Shown one piece after another: positions 39,626 to 48,739 of a stretch of 64,000 bases of DNA (positions are counted from its first letter, which is position 1; each line of letters starts with the position of its first letter). The translations under genes were made by a program, and so were the position numbers. Source of the DNA: Candidatus Marinacidobacterales bacterium. Its GTDB lineage: Bacteria; Acidobacteriota; Vicinamibacteria; Marinacidobacterales; SMYC01. Location of the stretch: NCBI GenBank assembly GCA_965224085.1, contig CBDCYI010000005.1, positions 1,984,001-2,048,000 on the forward strand, read 5' to 3'. The notes beneath the pieces are model-generated. The model was not told where the DNA came from. It did no database searches and was given only the letters and a program-made list of their open reading frames with translations.

Positions 39626-41248
39626 ATGAAGAAGAAGAAACTGTGTCTTGCTGTCGCCACCGTTGTTCTCCTGGCTTCCGTCGCTTGTGGTCTGAGCAGC
39701 GGTGCCGGTGACTACCAGGCCCTCGTCGATCTCAACGACGAGTTTCTCGAGTTCCGCCGGCCGGCGATGACCAACGGCCTGCCAGACTACCGCAACGAAA
39801 CGATCGAGAGCCAGCGCGCGGGCCTGGAAAGCTTCGCCCAGCGGCTCCAGGCCATCGATCCGACGTCGTGGCCGGTGTCTCAGCAGGTGGACTACCTGCT
39901 CGTGCGGGCGCAGATCAATCGACTCGATTTCGATCATCGAGCGCGACGACGCTGGTCTCGTGATCCGGGCCTGTACGTCGACACCGTGCAGCGGCTGGCG
40001 TTCCATGAGTTTCCGCTCGAAGGGGAAAAGCTCGCCGAGCTGGAGACGCAGCTGGGCGGCGTTCCCGCTTTCCTGGCGCAGGCCGAAGACAACCTCACCG
40101 ACGGTGCGGGTGAGCTGACGATGCTCGCCCTCCGCAATCTCGTGACGGCCGACGGTGTGGGGCATGGCCATCCTTATCGGGAAGTGCCTCCCGCCGGCAC
40201 CATCGCCTGGTACGAGGATCTGGGTGAACAGCTCGAAAAGCACCACTCGGAGCTCGCCCCGAAAGCGAAAGAGGCGAAGGCGGCAGTCGAAGGATTCCAC
40301 CACTGGCTCAAAGCGAATCAAGGCCGGATGACCGCGCCTTCCGGAGTCGGCCGGGAGAACTACGACTGGTACCTTAAGTACGTAGCCATGATGCCCTTCA
40401 CGTGGGACGACGTGAACCGAATGGGCGATCGCGAGCTCCATCGGTCCTGGACCTTCCTGGAACTCGAAAGAAACAAGAACCGGAATCTGCCTCCGCTCGA
40501 GCCGGCGAAGAGTGCCGAGGACTACGCCCAGCGTATTCGCGAAGCGGATGAGCATATTCGGAAGTTCATCGTGGACATGGGCATCATCACCATCCCCGAC
40601 TACGTTGGCGACTTCGGCAGCAACGTTCCCTGGATCGTGCGCGAGGGCGGCAAGCGCAACTTCTGGGAGGAGGTCCAGTACCGCGATCCGCGGCCGGATC
40701 ACGTTCACGCCGTCATTCCAGGACATCGTTTCGACGGGCTGGTGAGAAGCCACGACGACCGGCCCGTTCGGGGTACGTACCGGGACAGAGGTCGTTCCGA
40801 GGGCTGGGGGTTTTATCTCGAGGAGATGATGCTGCAGGCGGGGCTTCTGGACGAGCGACCACGCACCCGGGAGCTCTATTACATCTTCCAGATTGCGCGT
40901 GCGGTTCGAAACCGCGCGGAAGCCCTGATGCATACCAACGACTTCACCGTCCAGGAAGCGGTGGACTACATGGTGGACAACACGCCCTTCATGGACGAAG
41001 ACGTGGCCCGGGTGGACGCCGAGATCTATCTGAAGACGCCGGGCTCGGGGATCGCCTATCAGATGGGGAAGCTTCAGATCGACGAGCTCATGATGGATCG
41101 CGCGCTTCAGCTGGGTGACAAGTTCAACTTGAAGGAGTTCCACGATGCGTTCATGGCGGCGGGAACGATCCCGATCTCGCTCATCCGTTGGGAAATGACC
41201 GGTTACGACGACGAGGTCAAGGACTTGTTCGAGAAGCCCGAAACATGA
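39626..41248 (+). CDS. DUF885 family protein (probable lipoprotein)
   Basis: SVAC lipobox-like; HAVIPGHR, EGWGFYLE, F.LKEFHD. Confidence 0.85.
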   Translation: MKKKKLCLAVATVVLLASVACGLSSGAGDYQALVDLNDEFLEFRRPAMTNGLPDYRNETIESQRAGLESFAQRLQAIDPTSWPVSQQVDYLLVRAQINRLDFDHRARRRWSRDPGLYVDTVQRLAFHEFPLEGEKLAELETQLGGVPAFLAQAEDNLTDGAGELTMLALRNLVTADGVGHGHPYREVPPAGTIAWYEDLGEQLEKHHSELAPKAKEAKAAVEGFHHWLKANQGRMTAPSGVGRENYDWYLKYVAMMPFTWDDVNRMGDRELHRSWTFLELERNKNRNLPPLEPAKSAEDYAQRIREADEHIRKFIVDMGIITIPDYVGDFGSNVPWIVREGGKRNFWEEVQYRDPRPDHVHAVIPGHRFDGLVRSHDDRPVRGTYRDRGRSEGWGFYLEEMMLQAGLLDERPRTRELYYIFQIARAVRNRAEALMHTNDFTVQEAVDYMVDNTPFMDEDVARVDAEIYLKTPGSGIAYQMGKLQIDELMMDRALQLGDKFNLKEFHDAFMAAGTIPISLIRWEMTGYDDEVKDLFEKPET

Positions 41249-41262
41249 GGCAGGAGGTCAAG

Positions 41263-42963
41263 ATGACGTACACGTTGCAACTCGGTCTCGCTCTCGCCGT
41301 CGCGCTCGCCGCCACGACGTCCGTGAGCCTTGCCCAGAAGTCTGCGGATTCTCGGGACGCGCTCCTCAACCAGGGACCCAAGGCCCTGGCCAGCGGCGAG
41401 TCAGCCATGGTGTCGACCCAGCTCCCCAACGTCACTCGAGCCGCTCTGAGAGTTCTGGCGGACGGAGGAAATGCGGTCGATGCCTTCGTGACCGCTGTTT
41501 TTCTCCAGCACGTCGAGGATACGCATCAAGTCTCGCACTTCGGTGCGATGTCCGGCCTCTACTATGAAGCTTCCACCGGGAACTACTATGCCTTCAACGC
41601 CTTCTCGGAGCGACCCCGGGCCGATCGATGCGGGAGCGGCAAGAAGGTCGGCCGGCTCGCGATTGGAGGCACGGTGCGAGGTCTCGAATCCCTGGCCAAG
41701 CGCTTCGGCACGATACCCTGGCCGAGCTATCTCGAGCCCGCCATCGCCTCGGCGGAGCAAGGGGTCCTCGTCACGAACTTCATGTACGCCCGTAACTACA
41801 ACTTGTGGGAAACGGGAGATCTGATTCAGCAGAACGAAGAGGCGCGAGCGTTCTACATGCCGGCGGGCCACCTCGTTCCGGTGGGCGGGTACTGGAAGAT
41901 GCCGGCCCTCGCGGAGACGCTCAGAAAGGTCGCGGAACACGGAGCAGACCATCTGTACAAAGGTGAGTGGGCGCAGAAATTCGTCGAGCAGGCCAAAAAG
42001 CGTGGCTACTGCGTCACCCTCGACGATCTCGCCGAGTACGAGACGCGCTGGCTCGAGCCGGCGCATTTCACGTATCGGGGCCACGAGATCATCGTCGAGC
42101 CGCCTCCCAACAAGGGCGGCCTGCTGGTCGGCCAGAACCTGAACGTACTGGAACAGTTCGACCTGAAGAGCAAAGGCCATTACGCGGAGTCGGCCGAGAC
42201 GCTCGAGATCATGGTCCGGAGCTTCGGCAAAGTCGAATCGGACATGAAGTGGTCGATCCAGGATCCGGCCGCCTACCACAACCCGTTCGAGCTCTGGTAC
42301 TCGAAGGAGTACGCGAAGATGAGCGCCGAGTACGTCCGGCAGACGATGCCGCAGCCGGGCGTCGATCTGTCGTCGGCGATGAAACGCGTGGCCATGGACA
42401 CCAAGGTGGCGTCGAACGTGATGAACCTGGGCAGCAACCACAACGTGATCGTCGACGCCGAAGGCAACTGGATTACGTCGCTCCACACCGGACACGGCGG
42501 TGCACCCGGTATCTTCATCGACGGCGTCCGCGCGACGGGCAGCGGGGTCAAAGCCGAGACGATGGGCCCGGGACGGCGCATTCTCGCCGAAGTGACGGGC
42601 GTGTTCGTGGCCCGAGACGGAAAGCCCTGGCTCTCGCTGGGGACACCCGGCTTTCCACCGCAACCGGTAACCGAAGTTCTCGTCAATATCCTTGACTTCG
42701 GGATGCATCCAAAGGAGGCCGCCGCCGTACCGCGATTCTGGGCTTTCCTCTACCGTCAGACGGACCGTCGCCTTCTTCGCATCGAATCGCGGATCTCGGA
42801 GAGCGTTCGCAACGGCATGGCAAGAAGTGGCATCCAGCTGGAAGAGCTCGGGGACTACAACTGGCATACCGGCTCGATGCAGATCGTCTGGCGGGATGCG
42901 GCGACCGGAAGGATTCACGGAGTCAGCGATCCGAGGCGACTCGGCCATGCCGAAGGCTTCTGA
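41263..42963 (+). CDS. Gamma-glutamyltransferase-like Ntn hydrolase (exported)
   Basis: Signal peptide; GGNAVDA, LAETL, YRG, SNHNVIVDAEGN, SDPRR. Confidence 0.85.
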   Translation: MTYTLQLGLALAVALAATTSVSLAQKSADSRDALLNQGPKALASGESAMVSTQLPNVTRAALRVLADGGNAVDAFVTAVFLQHVEDTHQVSHFGAMSGLYYEASTGNYYAFNAFSERPRADRCGSGKKVGRLAIGGTVRGLESLAKRFGTIPWPSYLEPAIASAEQGVLVTNFMYARNYNLWETGDLIQQNEEARAFYMPAGHLVPVGGYWKMPALAETLRKVAEHGADHLYKGEWAQKFVEQAKKRGYCVTLDDLAEYETRWLEPAHFTYRGHEIIVEPPPNKGGLLVGQNLNVLEQFDLKSKGHYAESAETLEIMVRSFGKVESDMKWSIQDPAAYHNPFELWYSKEYAKMSAEYVRQTMPQPGVDLSSAMKRVAMDTKVASNVMNLGSNHNVIVDAEGNWITSLHTGHGGAPGIFIDGVRATGSGVKAETMGPGRRILAEVTGVFVARDGKPWLSLGTPGFPPQPVTEVLVNILDFGMHPKEAAAVPRFWAFLYRQTDRRLLRIESRISESVRNGMARSGIQLEELGDYNWHTGSMQIVWRDAATGRIHGVSDPRRLGHAEGF

Positions 42964-43046
42964 GCAGGCGGCTCCTGAGAATGCATCGGCAGAGGCTGCC
43001 GAAGAGGAGGACGGGAGCAGCGAACGAGGAGTGAGCGACCATTGAT

Positions 43047-43116
43047 GAAAGGCCGAAAGGCCGAAAAGCCGACGACACACCGAGCGCCGAGCGAGGAGCG
43101 AGGCGCCAGGCGCGCG
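43047..43116 (+). repeat. Short imperfect tandem repeats (8-mer GAAAGGCC x3; 7-mer GAGCGAG-like x5)
   Basis: Directly visible in the intergenic spacer. Confidence 0.5.
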
Positions 43117-43159
43117 AACGAGCAGTGAGCGCACAATGATACAAAAAAGGAGGAACGTA

Positions 43160-44881
43160 ATGAGAAGATCTAAATGGACCCAAGTCCTGGCAGTGGTGGG
43201 CGTCATCGCCTTTGCCTCCGCCGGGATAGCACAGGACGTACCGACCGACCCCGCCGATCCCCGGCTCAACCAGGGACCGAAACCGGAGGCGATCGGGGAG
43301 AAGGTCATGGTGGCCACCCAGCTGCCGCAGGTCAGCAATGTGGCGATCCAGGTGATGAAGGATGGAGGCAATGCGGTAGATGCCATGGTGGCGGCCGTCT
43401 TCATGCAGCACGTGAACGATTTTCACCAGGTCTCTCACTTCGGCTCGATGTCGGTCATCGGTTATGACGCCGCGACCGACAAGTACTGGGCGCTGAACGC
43501 GGTCTCCGAGCGCCCGCCGGCCGATCGCCACGAGCACGGGGACCCCGAGAAGGTCGCCATCGGTGGCGTCGTGCGCGGTCTCGAAGCGATCGCCGAACGC
43601 TACGGAAGCGGCACCATGGAGTGGTCGAGCTACCTTCAGCCGGCCATCACCTCGGCGGAGGAAGGCGTTGTCGTGACCTCCTTCATGTACGGCATCAACT
43701 ACGGGCTCATGGAGCGAGGTGAGCTCGTCAAGAACCCGGAGGCGCGCCAGGCCTACATGGCGAACGGTCATCTCGTTCCGGTCGGAGAGCGCTGGAAGCG
43801 CCCGAAGTTCGCCGAGACGCTTCGCAAGGTCGCCTCCGAAGGGGCCGACTACCTCTACACCGGAGCCTGGGCCAAGAAGTTCGTCGAGGCCGCCAACAAG
43901 AAAGACTATGCGGTCAGCATGCAGGACCTGGCGGAGTACGAGCCGAAGTGGGACGAGCCGACACGATTCACTTATCGGGGCCTCGAGTTCTACGGCTCCC
44001 CACCGCCGGACACCGGTGGCCTGATCGTCGGAAGCAACCTCAACATTCTGGAGAACTTCGATCTGAAGAGCATGGGCCACTACAGTGAGTCGCCCGAGGC
44101 CCTCGAGATCATGATCCGCGCCTTCGGCCGGGTCAACGACGAGACCCGTTGGGTCATCAAGGATCCGCTCAATTTCCGCATCCCCTCGGAGCTCTGGCTC
44201 TCCAAAGAGTACGGAAAGATGGGAGCCAAGTTCGTGGAGAACACGATGCTGCTTCCCAAAGTGGACCTCGCTCCCGCCACCGAGACCACCGCCGCATTGG
44301 TACAGCCGGCGACGCCGCTGTTTCCCGCCGGCGCCGACGGTGCGGACAGCGCCGATCTGGGAAGCAACCACAACGTCATCGTGGACTCGCAAGGGAACTG
44401 GGTGTCGATGCTCCACACCGGACACGGTGGTGCCCCGGGCATCTTCATCGATGGGGTGAGGGCGACGGGAAGTGGCGCCCGCGCCTACACCGCGGGTCCC
44501 GGCCGTCGACTGGTCCTGCCGATCACCGGGATCATCGTCGCCAAGGACGGAAAGCCGTGGCTGGCGATGGGTACCCCCGGCTCGCCTCCGCAGCCGGTGA
44601 CCGAGGTTCTGGTGAACATCATCGACTACGGCATGCATCCGAAAGATGCCGCAGACGCGCCGCGCTTCTGGGCCTTCCGAAACGACGAACGTGGGGTTCG
44701 CATCGAGTCCCGCATCTCCGACAGCGTGCGGAAGGGCATGAAGAGGAGGGGGATCAAGGTGACCGATCTCGGTGATTACAACTGGCACACCGGCTCCATG
44801 CAGATCATCTGGATGGGTGAGGACGGGAAGCTTCACGGAGCCACCGATCCCCGACGACTCGGAACGGTCATAGGTTACTGA
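43160..44881 (+). CDS. Gamma-glutamyltransferase-like Ntn hydrolase (exported)
   Basis: AGGAGG RBS, signal peptide, GGNAVDA, SNHNVIVDSQGN, TDPRR. Confidence 0.85.
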   Translation: MRRSKWTQVLAVVGVIAFASAGIAQDVPTDPADPRLNQGPKPEAIGEKVMVATQLPQVSNVAIQVMKDGGNAVDAMVAAVFMQHVNDFHQVSHFGSMSVIGYDAATDKYWALNAVSERPPADRHEHGDPEKVAIGGVVRGLEAIAERYGSGTMEWSSYLQPAITSAEEGVVVTSFMYGINYGLMERGELVKNPEARQAYMANGHLVPVGERWKRPKFAETLRKVASEGADYLYTGAWAKKFVEAANKKDYAVSMQDLAEYEPKWDEPTRFTYRGLEFYGSPPPDTGGLIVGSNLNILENFDLKSMGHYSESPEALEIMIRAFGRVNDETRWVIKDPLNFRIPSELWLSKEYGKMGAKFVENTMLLPKVDLAPATETTAALVQPATPLFPAGADGADSADLGSNHNVIVDSQGNWVSMLHTGHGGAPGIFIDGVRATGSGARAYTAGPGRRLVLPITGIIVAKDGKPWLAMGTPGSPPQPVTEVLVNIIDYGMHPKDAADAPRFWAFRNDERGVRIESRISDSVRKGMKRRGIKVTDLGDYNWHTGSMQIIWMGEDGKLHGATDPRRLGTVIGY

Positions 44882-44940
44882 CACTACATTGGATGGCGGG
44901 GTCTCTGACTCGAGGGGCCCCGCCTCGAAAAGGAGGGGGC

Positions 44941-46662
44941 ATGCACTGCGCAAAAGCCATGCGGATGATACTGGTTGGTCTGCTCACCTGGCTCTCTGTG
45001 TCGACCGCCTGGAGCCAACCGACCCTGCCCGACGATGCACGGGACGCCATCTACAACCAGGGCCCGAAGCAGGAAGCGGTCGGCGACAAGGTGATGGTGT
45101 CGACGCAGCTTCCCATCGTGACCGAGACCGCCCTTCAGGTTCTTCGCGACGGGGGTAATGCGATCGATGCCTTCGTCACCGCCGTCTTTCTTCAAAACGT
45201 CGTCGACTATCACCAGGTGAGTCTCTTCGGTGCCATGGGCGGGCTCTATTACGAGGCGGCCACCGGGAAGTACCACGTCTTCGAGTCCTACTCGGAGAGA
45301 CCGCTCGCGGGTCGCTGTGGCGAAGGCGATCCTTCCAAGGTGGCCATCGGCGGCAAAGTGGCGGGCCTGAACGCTCTCGCCGAACGATTCGGCACCCGCA
45401 AGTGGGCGGAGTATCTCGATCCGGCCATCGCCGCGGCGGAAGAAGGTGTTCTAGTCACCTCCTTCATGTACGGCAGCAACTACAACAACTGGGAAACGGG
45501 CGACCTCATCCAGCAGAACGAGGAGGCCAGAGATTTCTACATGCCGGAGGGTCATCTCGTTCCGGTGGGCCACCGCTGGAAGATGCCGAAAGTGGCGGAG
45601 ACGTTGCGCCATATCGCCTCGGAGGGGGCCGACTATCTCTACACCGGCGCCTGGGGGAAGAAGTTCGTCGAGAAGTCACGCGAGAAAGGTTATTGCGTGA
45701 GCCTCGAAGACATGGCGGACTTCCAGGTGCGCTGGTCCGATCCCGTCCGCTCCACGTACCGCGGCTACGAGATCGTGAGCGAGTCGCCACCGAAAAAGGG
45801 TGGCGTTCAGATCGCCTACAACCTCAACATTCTCGAGAACTTCGATCTGAAGAGCCTCGGTCACTACGCGACGTCGGCGGAAAGCCTCGAGATCCTGACG
45901 AGGGCGCTCGGCAGGGTGGAGAACGATATGCGGTACGGGATCGCCGATCCGAAGGCGTTTCAGATCCCAACCGAGGTGTGGCTGTCGAAAGACTACGCCC
46001 GGTTCGGCGCCGATTTCGTACGGCAGACGATGGTCGTTCCCAACGTGGATTTGACGCCGGCCAAAGCAACGGCAGCGCTCCATCGTCTGGCCCCGACACG
46101 GATCGCGCGGTCCGCCGACGCGCCGCCGCTGGTCGACGAGAGCAATCACAACGTCATCGTCGATGCCGAAGGGAACTGGATCACGTCGCTTCACACCGGA
46201 CATGGCGGCGCGCCGGGGATCTTCATCGACGGCTTGCGGGCGACCGGGAGCGGTTTTCCCGGCCAGACGGTGGGCCCAGGCCGGCGGGTGAGCCCCAACA
46301 GCACCGGTACGATCGTGGCCAAGGACGGAAAGCCGTGGCTCGCTCTCGGCTCGCCGGGCGTACCGCCCCAGCCGGTGACCCAGATACTGGTGAACATCAT
46401 CGACTTCGGCATGGATCCCGGCGACGCCGCGGACGCACCGCGCTTTTTCGCCTTCCGTACCAACGAGCGGGTTCTGGCCATCGAGTCCCGCATCTCCGAC
46501 GACGTGCGAAAGGGTCTGAAGGCCCGCGGCATCAAGATCGAAGACCTTGGTCCGTACAACTGGCACACCGGCTCCATGCAAATCGTCTGGAGGGATCCGG
46601 AGACGGGAAAGCTTCACGGCGTGAGCGATCCCCGCCGACTCGGCCGCGCCGCCGGCTTCTGA
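44941..46662 (+). CDS. Gamma-glutamyltransferase-like Ntn hydrolase (exported)
   Basis: AAGGAGG RBS, signal peptide, GGNAIDA, SNHNVIVDAEGN, SDPRR. Confidence 0.85.
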   Translation: MHCAKAMRMILVGLLTWLSVSTAWSQPTLPDDARDAIYNQGPKQEAVGDKVMVSTQLPIVTETALQVLRDGGNAIDAFVTAVFLQNVVDYHQVSLFGAMGGLYYEAATGKYHVFESYSERPLAGRCGEGDPSKVAIGGKVAGLNALAERFGTRKWAEYLDPAIAAAEEGVLVTSFMYGSNYNNWETGDLIQQNEEARDFYMPEGHLVPVGHRWKMPKVAETLRHIASEGADYLYTGAWGKKFVEKSREKGYCVSLEDMADFQVRWSDPVRSTYRGYEIVSESPPKKGGVQIAYNLNILENFDLKSLGHYATSAESLEILTRALGRVENDMRYGIADPKAFQIPTEVWLSKDYARFGADFVRQTMVVPNVDLTPAKATAALHRLAPTRIARSADAPPLVDESNHNVIVDAEGNWITSLHTGHGGAPGIFIDGLRATGSGFPGQTVGPGRRVSPNSTGTIVAKDGKPWLALGSPGVPPQPVTQILVNIIDFGMDPGDAADAPRFFAFRTNERVLAIESRISDDVRKGLKARGIKIEDLGPYNWHTGSMQIVWRDPETGKLHGVSDPRRLGRAAGF

Positions 46663-46668
46663 AGTACC

Positions 46669-46694
46669 GAGGGGGAGCCGAGGGGCTCCCCCTC
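46669..46694 (+). terminator. GC-rich hairpin (terminator or mRNA stabiliser)
   Basis: GAGGGGGAGCC-gagg-GGCTCCCCCTC directly after stop; weak U-tract. Confidence 0.5.
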
Positions 46695-46718
46695 AGACTT
46701 CATGCAATGGTGGACGTG

Positions 46719-48332
46719 ATGAAAAGAAGCACTCTCGCCGCAATTCTTGGTTCCGTTGTACTGGCTCCTGCACCGGCCTATTCGCAAGGCGCCCACGCGG
46801 ACGTCGTTCGCTTGTACGATGAGCTCCAGGAGCTCCGAGAGCCAGAGTTCGTCGACGGTGTGCCGGATCTTTCATCGGAAGCGATAGAGAAGCAGAAGCG
46901 CGGCCTGGAAGCACTCCGTCGCGAGCTGAACATGATCGAGCCGAGAGCCTGGCCCGTTCCGCAACAGGTGGACTACCTGCTGGTGCGCGCGAAGATGGAC
47001 GAACTCGACTTTCATCATCGCGTCATAAAGCCGTGGGCGCGCGACCCGGGCTTCTATCTCGACTCGATAGCACAGATACCTTTTGCCGAGGTCCCGCTCG
47101 ACTCCGGGGAAGCCTCCGAGCTCGAACGTCGACTGCGGTCGGTGCCCGCCGTCCTGGAGCAGGCGAAGTCGTACTTGACGGAAGGCGCCCGCGATCTTTT
47201 GGTGGTCGCCCTCAGAAACCTGAAAGAGTCACGCCGCGTCGGCGGGGGACAGCCGATGCGGAACGAGCCACCCCCGGGTGTGGTTGGCTGGTACCAGGAC
47301 CTCGTCGAGCGCCTTGCCGACCAACATTCCGACCTGGTGCCGGTGGCGAAGGAAGCTCTCGCTGCCGTCGAGGGCTACCGGGACTGGCTCGAGGAGAACC
47401 GGGAGCAGATGACCGCTCCAGGTGGCATCGGACTCGACGACTACGACTGGTTCTTGAAGCACGCCCGCCTGATGCCCTTTACCGCCGGCGACGTGCGGGC
47501 CTTGGGAGAGCGGGAGGAGCAGCGCGGGTGGGCTTTTCTGAAGATCGAGCAGAACCAGAATCGAGACCTTCCCGAGCTCGAGCTGGCGAAAACAAGAGAA
47601 GAGTACATTGGACGCGTGCGGGAGGCGGACGTGCACATCCGGGCGTTCATCCGCACCGAGGGCATCTTGACGATCCCCGATTTCATCGGAGAGCTTGACC
47701 GGCACGTCCCGTGGGTGGAGCGTCCGACCGACTATCTTCGCTTCTGGGAGCAGCTCCAGTATCGCGATCCCCGTACCGACCACGTGCACGCCACGATCCC
47801 CGGCCACCAGTTCGACGGACGGATCCAGGCCCGGGACGAGCGGCCCATCCGGGCTGGGTACCGGGACGGCGCCCGCGGCGAAGGCTGGGGTTTCTATCTG
47901 GAAGAGATGATGCTTCAGGCCGGTCTTCTCGACGAGCGGCCCCGAGCTCGCGAGCTCTACTACATCGCCCAGCTCGGCCGGGCGGTCCGCATCGCCTCGG
48001 AGCTCATGATGCACGGCCGGGAGGGGTCGATCGAAGAGGCGGTCCGCTACATGCTCGAGCACACGCCCTGGATGGACGAGCACGTCGCCTGGTTCGACTG
48101 CGAGGTGTACCTGCGGCGGCCGACCTATGGCATTGGCTACACGATCGGAGCCGTCCAGATTCAGCAGCTCTTGTCCGACCGGGCCCGTCAGCTCGGGGAG
48201 GCCTTCGACCTTCGCGAGTTCCACGACGCGATTCTGGGCGCGGGGCGGATTCCCATCTCGATGACCCGATGGGAGATGACCGGCCTGGGCGATGAAGGGA
48301 GCAGGTTTTTTGACGACTCAGGCGGGCAGTAG
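46719..48332 (+). CDS. DUF885 family protein (signal peptide), paralog of 39626-41248
   Basis: HATIPGHQ, EGWGFYLEEMMLQAGLLDERPR shared with 39626-41248, FDLREFHD. Confidence 0.85.
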   Translation: MKRSTLAAILGSVVLAPAPAYSQGAHADVVRLYDELQELREPEFVDGVPDLSSEAIEKQKRGLEALRRELNMIEPRAWPVPQQVDYLLVRAKMDELDFHHRVIKPWARDPGFYLDSIAQIPFAEVPLDSGEASELERRLRSVPAVLEQAKSYLTEGARDLLVVALRNLKESRRVGGGQPMRNEPPPGVVGWYQDLVERLADQHSDLVPVAKEALAAVEGYRDWLEENREQMTAPGGIGLDDYDWFLKHARLMPFTAGDVRALGEREEQRGWAFLKIEQNQNRDLPELELAKTREEYIGRVREADVHIRAFIRTEGILTIPDFIGELDRHVPWVERPTDYLRFWEQLQYRDPRTDHVHATIPGHQFDGRIQARDERPIRAGYRDGARGEGWGFYLEEMMLQAGLLDERPRARELYYIAQLGRAVRIASELMMHGREGSIEEAVRYMLEHTPWMDEHVAWFDCEVYLRRPTYGIGYTIGAVQIQQLLSDRARQLGEAFDLREFHDAILGAGRIPISMTRWEMTGLGDEGSRFFDDSGGQ

Positions 48333-48590
48333 AGAGCTTCGGATAGGGGAAGTTCAATTTTCCGAACGGAACGATCCAGCTGCCCGGATTGCCGTTCCGC
48401 GAAAATATATTCCAGCTAAACCACACAACACGAAGGGATTACGGGCTTGACGCGGCGCGTCACGGTCCAGGGCAATTTAAACTCTTGGGTCAAGAAAACC
48501 AAAATCTTGAATCTCCCTCGATCCAGAGACGGACCATACATCTAACATCAATGTTCTGAATGAGTTGTGAGCATTCACTGGAGGATCAAG

Positions 48591-48606
48591 TGGTATGTAT
48601 ATTGCA
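48591..48606 (+). promoter_or_regulatory. sigma54 (-24/-12) promoter
   Basis: TGGTATGTATATTGCA with canonical GG-N10-GC spacing in an AT-rich 400 bp spacer. Confidence 0.65.
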
Positions 48607-48739
48607 TCCGTACCAAATGAGAGTTGTTCATTCGTGCCTTTGTTTTACTCGCCAGTGAACCGGGGATCGCTTCCTCGGTTTTGTCTATTTCTCGCCGGAC
48701 GCTGATCGAGTGGGCTCGGCGGCAAGGAGGATCCAAGCT

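Noticed and set aside
43047-43116. Possible CRISPR array
   Set aside because: Units are 7-8 bp without spacers, and there are no cas genes.
41401-44953. Long antisense ORFs (667 and 676 aa), and similar ones such as 15683-17842, 35984-37600 and 39437-41143
   Set aside because: They mirror well-supported genes, show no motifs, and are expected from high-GC codon bias.
45402-48332. 976-aa ORF suggesting a large fusion protein
   Set aside because: The first ~440 aa are an Arg-rich shadow frame over the GGT-like gene; the real DUF885 gene starts at 46719 with a signal peptide.
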